Shown: positions 62,348 through 64,000 of the stretch, piece by piece
Layout of the letters: each line of letters opens with the position of its first letter
Numbering within the stretch: position 1 is the stretch's first letter
DNA from: an uncultured Acidobacteriota bacterium
GTDB taxonomy: Bacteria > Acidobacteriota > Thermoanaerobaculia > UBA5066 > Gp7-AA6
Direction of reading: 5' to 3'
DNA: 64,000 nt
Assembly (NCBI GenBank): GCA_963829925.1
Contig: CAWHKQ010000016.1
Location: 74,213 to 138,212, forward strand
Notes under the pieces: model-generated
The model's database searches: none
What the model saw: the letters and a program-made list of their open reading frames with translations, nothing else
What the model was told of the DNA's origin: nothing
Made by a program: the position numbers and the translations under genes

Positions 62348-64000
62348 CTGAACCTGCGCGACCCGGTCTCGCGACCTGCCCGGGCGTCGGGCGCGGCGCG
62401 GGCCGCCCGGCTGGCGACCGCCGGGATCCACACGGTCGCCGATCTGCTCCTCGCCGTCCCTTTCCGGTACGAGGACCGCCGGCACTTCGCGTCGCTCGCC
62501 AGCCTGTCCTGGGGCATCCCCGCGACGAGCCTCGTGCGCTTCCAGAGTGTCCGGTCGACGCGGATGCGGCGGGGACTGCTCCGTGTGGAGGCCGTGGCCG
62601 ACGACGGCAGCGGCGCCGTGCGGGTCGTCTGGCACAACCGGTACCCGTCCTTCGCCAAGGCGCTGGAAGGGCGGCGGGCCGCGCTGTACGGCACGCCCGT
62701 GGCCACGCCGCGCGGGCGAGATGCGCATCGAGAACCCCGAGACGGAGCTCCTCGAAGACGGAGACGAGTCGAACCCGCTCCACGCGGGCAGGATCGTCGG
62801 CGATCTACCACCGCGCCGCCGACGTCCTACCCGGCTCTGGCGCACCCTCGTGCGCCGGGTGCTCGACGGGCTCTCGTCCGAGTTCGCGGCGGTCTCCGCG
62901 CCGCCGGCCGCAGATCCTCAAGGCCCTGGCAAGAGGGCGCCACTTTTCCGACTCACGTCGGACTCGGCGCGACCGGCGCCTCTGGCAGCTCGCCCAGGAG
63001 GAGCTGTTCGTCCTCGCGGCCCGCATCGAGGAGAAGCGGCGCGCGCCTGCGCGAGCGCCGGGGCATGGTGCTCGCCGGCCGAGGAGGCGATCCGGCAGCT
63101 CGCCCGCTACGTCCTGCCGTTTCCGCTGACGAACGCTCAGAAGCGGGCGGTGCGGGAGATCGCCGACGATCTCGCTCCGGGCGGGCGATGGCCCGCCTGC
63201 TCCAGGGCGACGTCGGGTCCGGCAAGACGGTGGTGGCGGGACTGGCTCTCCTGATCGCCGCCAAGAACGGGGCGCAGGGGGCGCTGATGGCGCCGACCGA
63301 GATCCTCGCCGAGCAGCACGCGATGAGCCTTTCGTCGTGGCTGACCGGGGCCGGGATCCGGATCGGCCTGCTGACCGGGCGCGTGCGCGGGGCCGAGCGC
63401 AAGAAGCTGCTCGCGCGCCTGGCGGCCGGGGAGCTCGACGTCCTGGTCGGGACGCACGCGCTCGATCGAGTCGCCCGTCCGCTTCCACCGGCTGGGCCTG
63501 GTCGTCGTGGACGAGCAGCACCGCTTCGGCGTGGCCCACCGCTCGCGCCTCTTCCGCAAGGGCGATTCGCCGCACGTCCTCGTCATGACGGCCACGCCGA
63601 TCCCGCGTTCGCTGGCGTGGGCCATCTACGGCGAGCTCGACGTCTCGGTCCTCGACGAGAAGCCGCCGGGCCGCGGCCCCGGTGCTGACGCGCATCCGCG
63701 GCGAGGGCTCGCGCGAGAAGGTGTACGATTCGCGGGCGGAGCGTGCGGCGGCGGGGGAGCGGGTCTACGTCGTGGTCCCCGCCATCGAAGAGCGCGAGCG
63801 CGAGGTCGCCGCCACCCGCGAGACCGCGGACCGGATCGCCGCCGTGCTGCCCCGTGTCGCGGATCGGAATCCTCCACGGGCGCATGCCTCCCGCCGAGAG
63901 GTCGGCGCGTCCTGGCGGAGTTCGCGGCGGGCGCGAAACCGATCCTCGTCGCGACCACGGTCGTCGAGGTCGGCGTGGACGTGCCGGAGGCGACGGTCAT
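62348..64000 (+). CDS. recG: ATP-dependent DNA helicase RecG, frameshifted; 3' end outside window, start approximate
   Basis: [25 protein letters not shown], the wedge domain [41 protein letters not shown], Walker [53 protein letters not shown], and [11 protein letters not shown], in alternating frames. Confidence 0.88.

Overview
High-GC bacterial chromosomal segment (about 70% GC by eye, not computed), made up almost entirely of housekeeping genes.

Gene order:
- hemC (partial)-hemD-hemB-hemL
- Kef-type CPA2 antiporter, POT peptide transporter, triple-PAS histidine kinase
- ECF sigma factor plus a small 2-TM partner
- A lower-GC islet around tRNA-Lys(UUU): orphan secreted protein, GT2, GT4
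- purA, hutH-hutU
- A very large NtrY-like sensor kinase region plus an unknown gene
- pssA-psd-DUF465, rimI-tsaB, mutS-nagZ
- DUF1330-ssb, murJ-dtd, M50 protease
- Two MshEN-domain paralogues flanking an IHF/HU gene
- Unknown gene, then TPR-LolB-like-ispE-spoVG-tRNA-Gln(UUG)
- TPR/TlpA thioredoxin protein
- prs-rplY-pth-rpsF-rpsR-DUF2232-rplI
- PBP1A, uvrB plus a displaced uvrB 3' relic, two tiny genes
- uvrC, translationally coupled to a pair of DUF4388 proteins, then DUF4126-NYN
- RNase P RNA, LD-carboxypeptidase, a cNMP-binding/FHA fusion, recG (partial)

I saw no CRISPR array, transposase, integrase, phage genes or recognisable defence genes.

The dominant signal is that most conserved genes can only be read by hopping between frames; by manual stitching there are several dozen apparent indels. 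Three blocks are completely clean: 10386-13941, 40669-42598 and 44824-52894. Because essential genes (ssb, prs, purA, pth, mutS) are broken, I read this mainly as consensus or assembly error. All frameshifted coordinates are therefore approximate.

Candidates for new biology are modest and hypothesis-level:
- The ATPase-less MshEN (c-di-GMP receptor type) pair around IHF
- The uvrC-coupled DUF4388/SPOR and DUF4388/J-domain pair
- The tRNA-Lys islet with an orphan secreted protein
- The uvrB 3' relic, whose differences from uvrB are nearly all synonymous
- Promoter -10-like boxes sitting only 5-12 nt from start codons, which may indicate leaderless mRNAs
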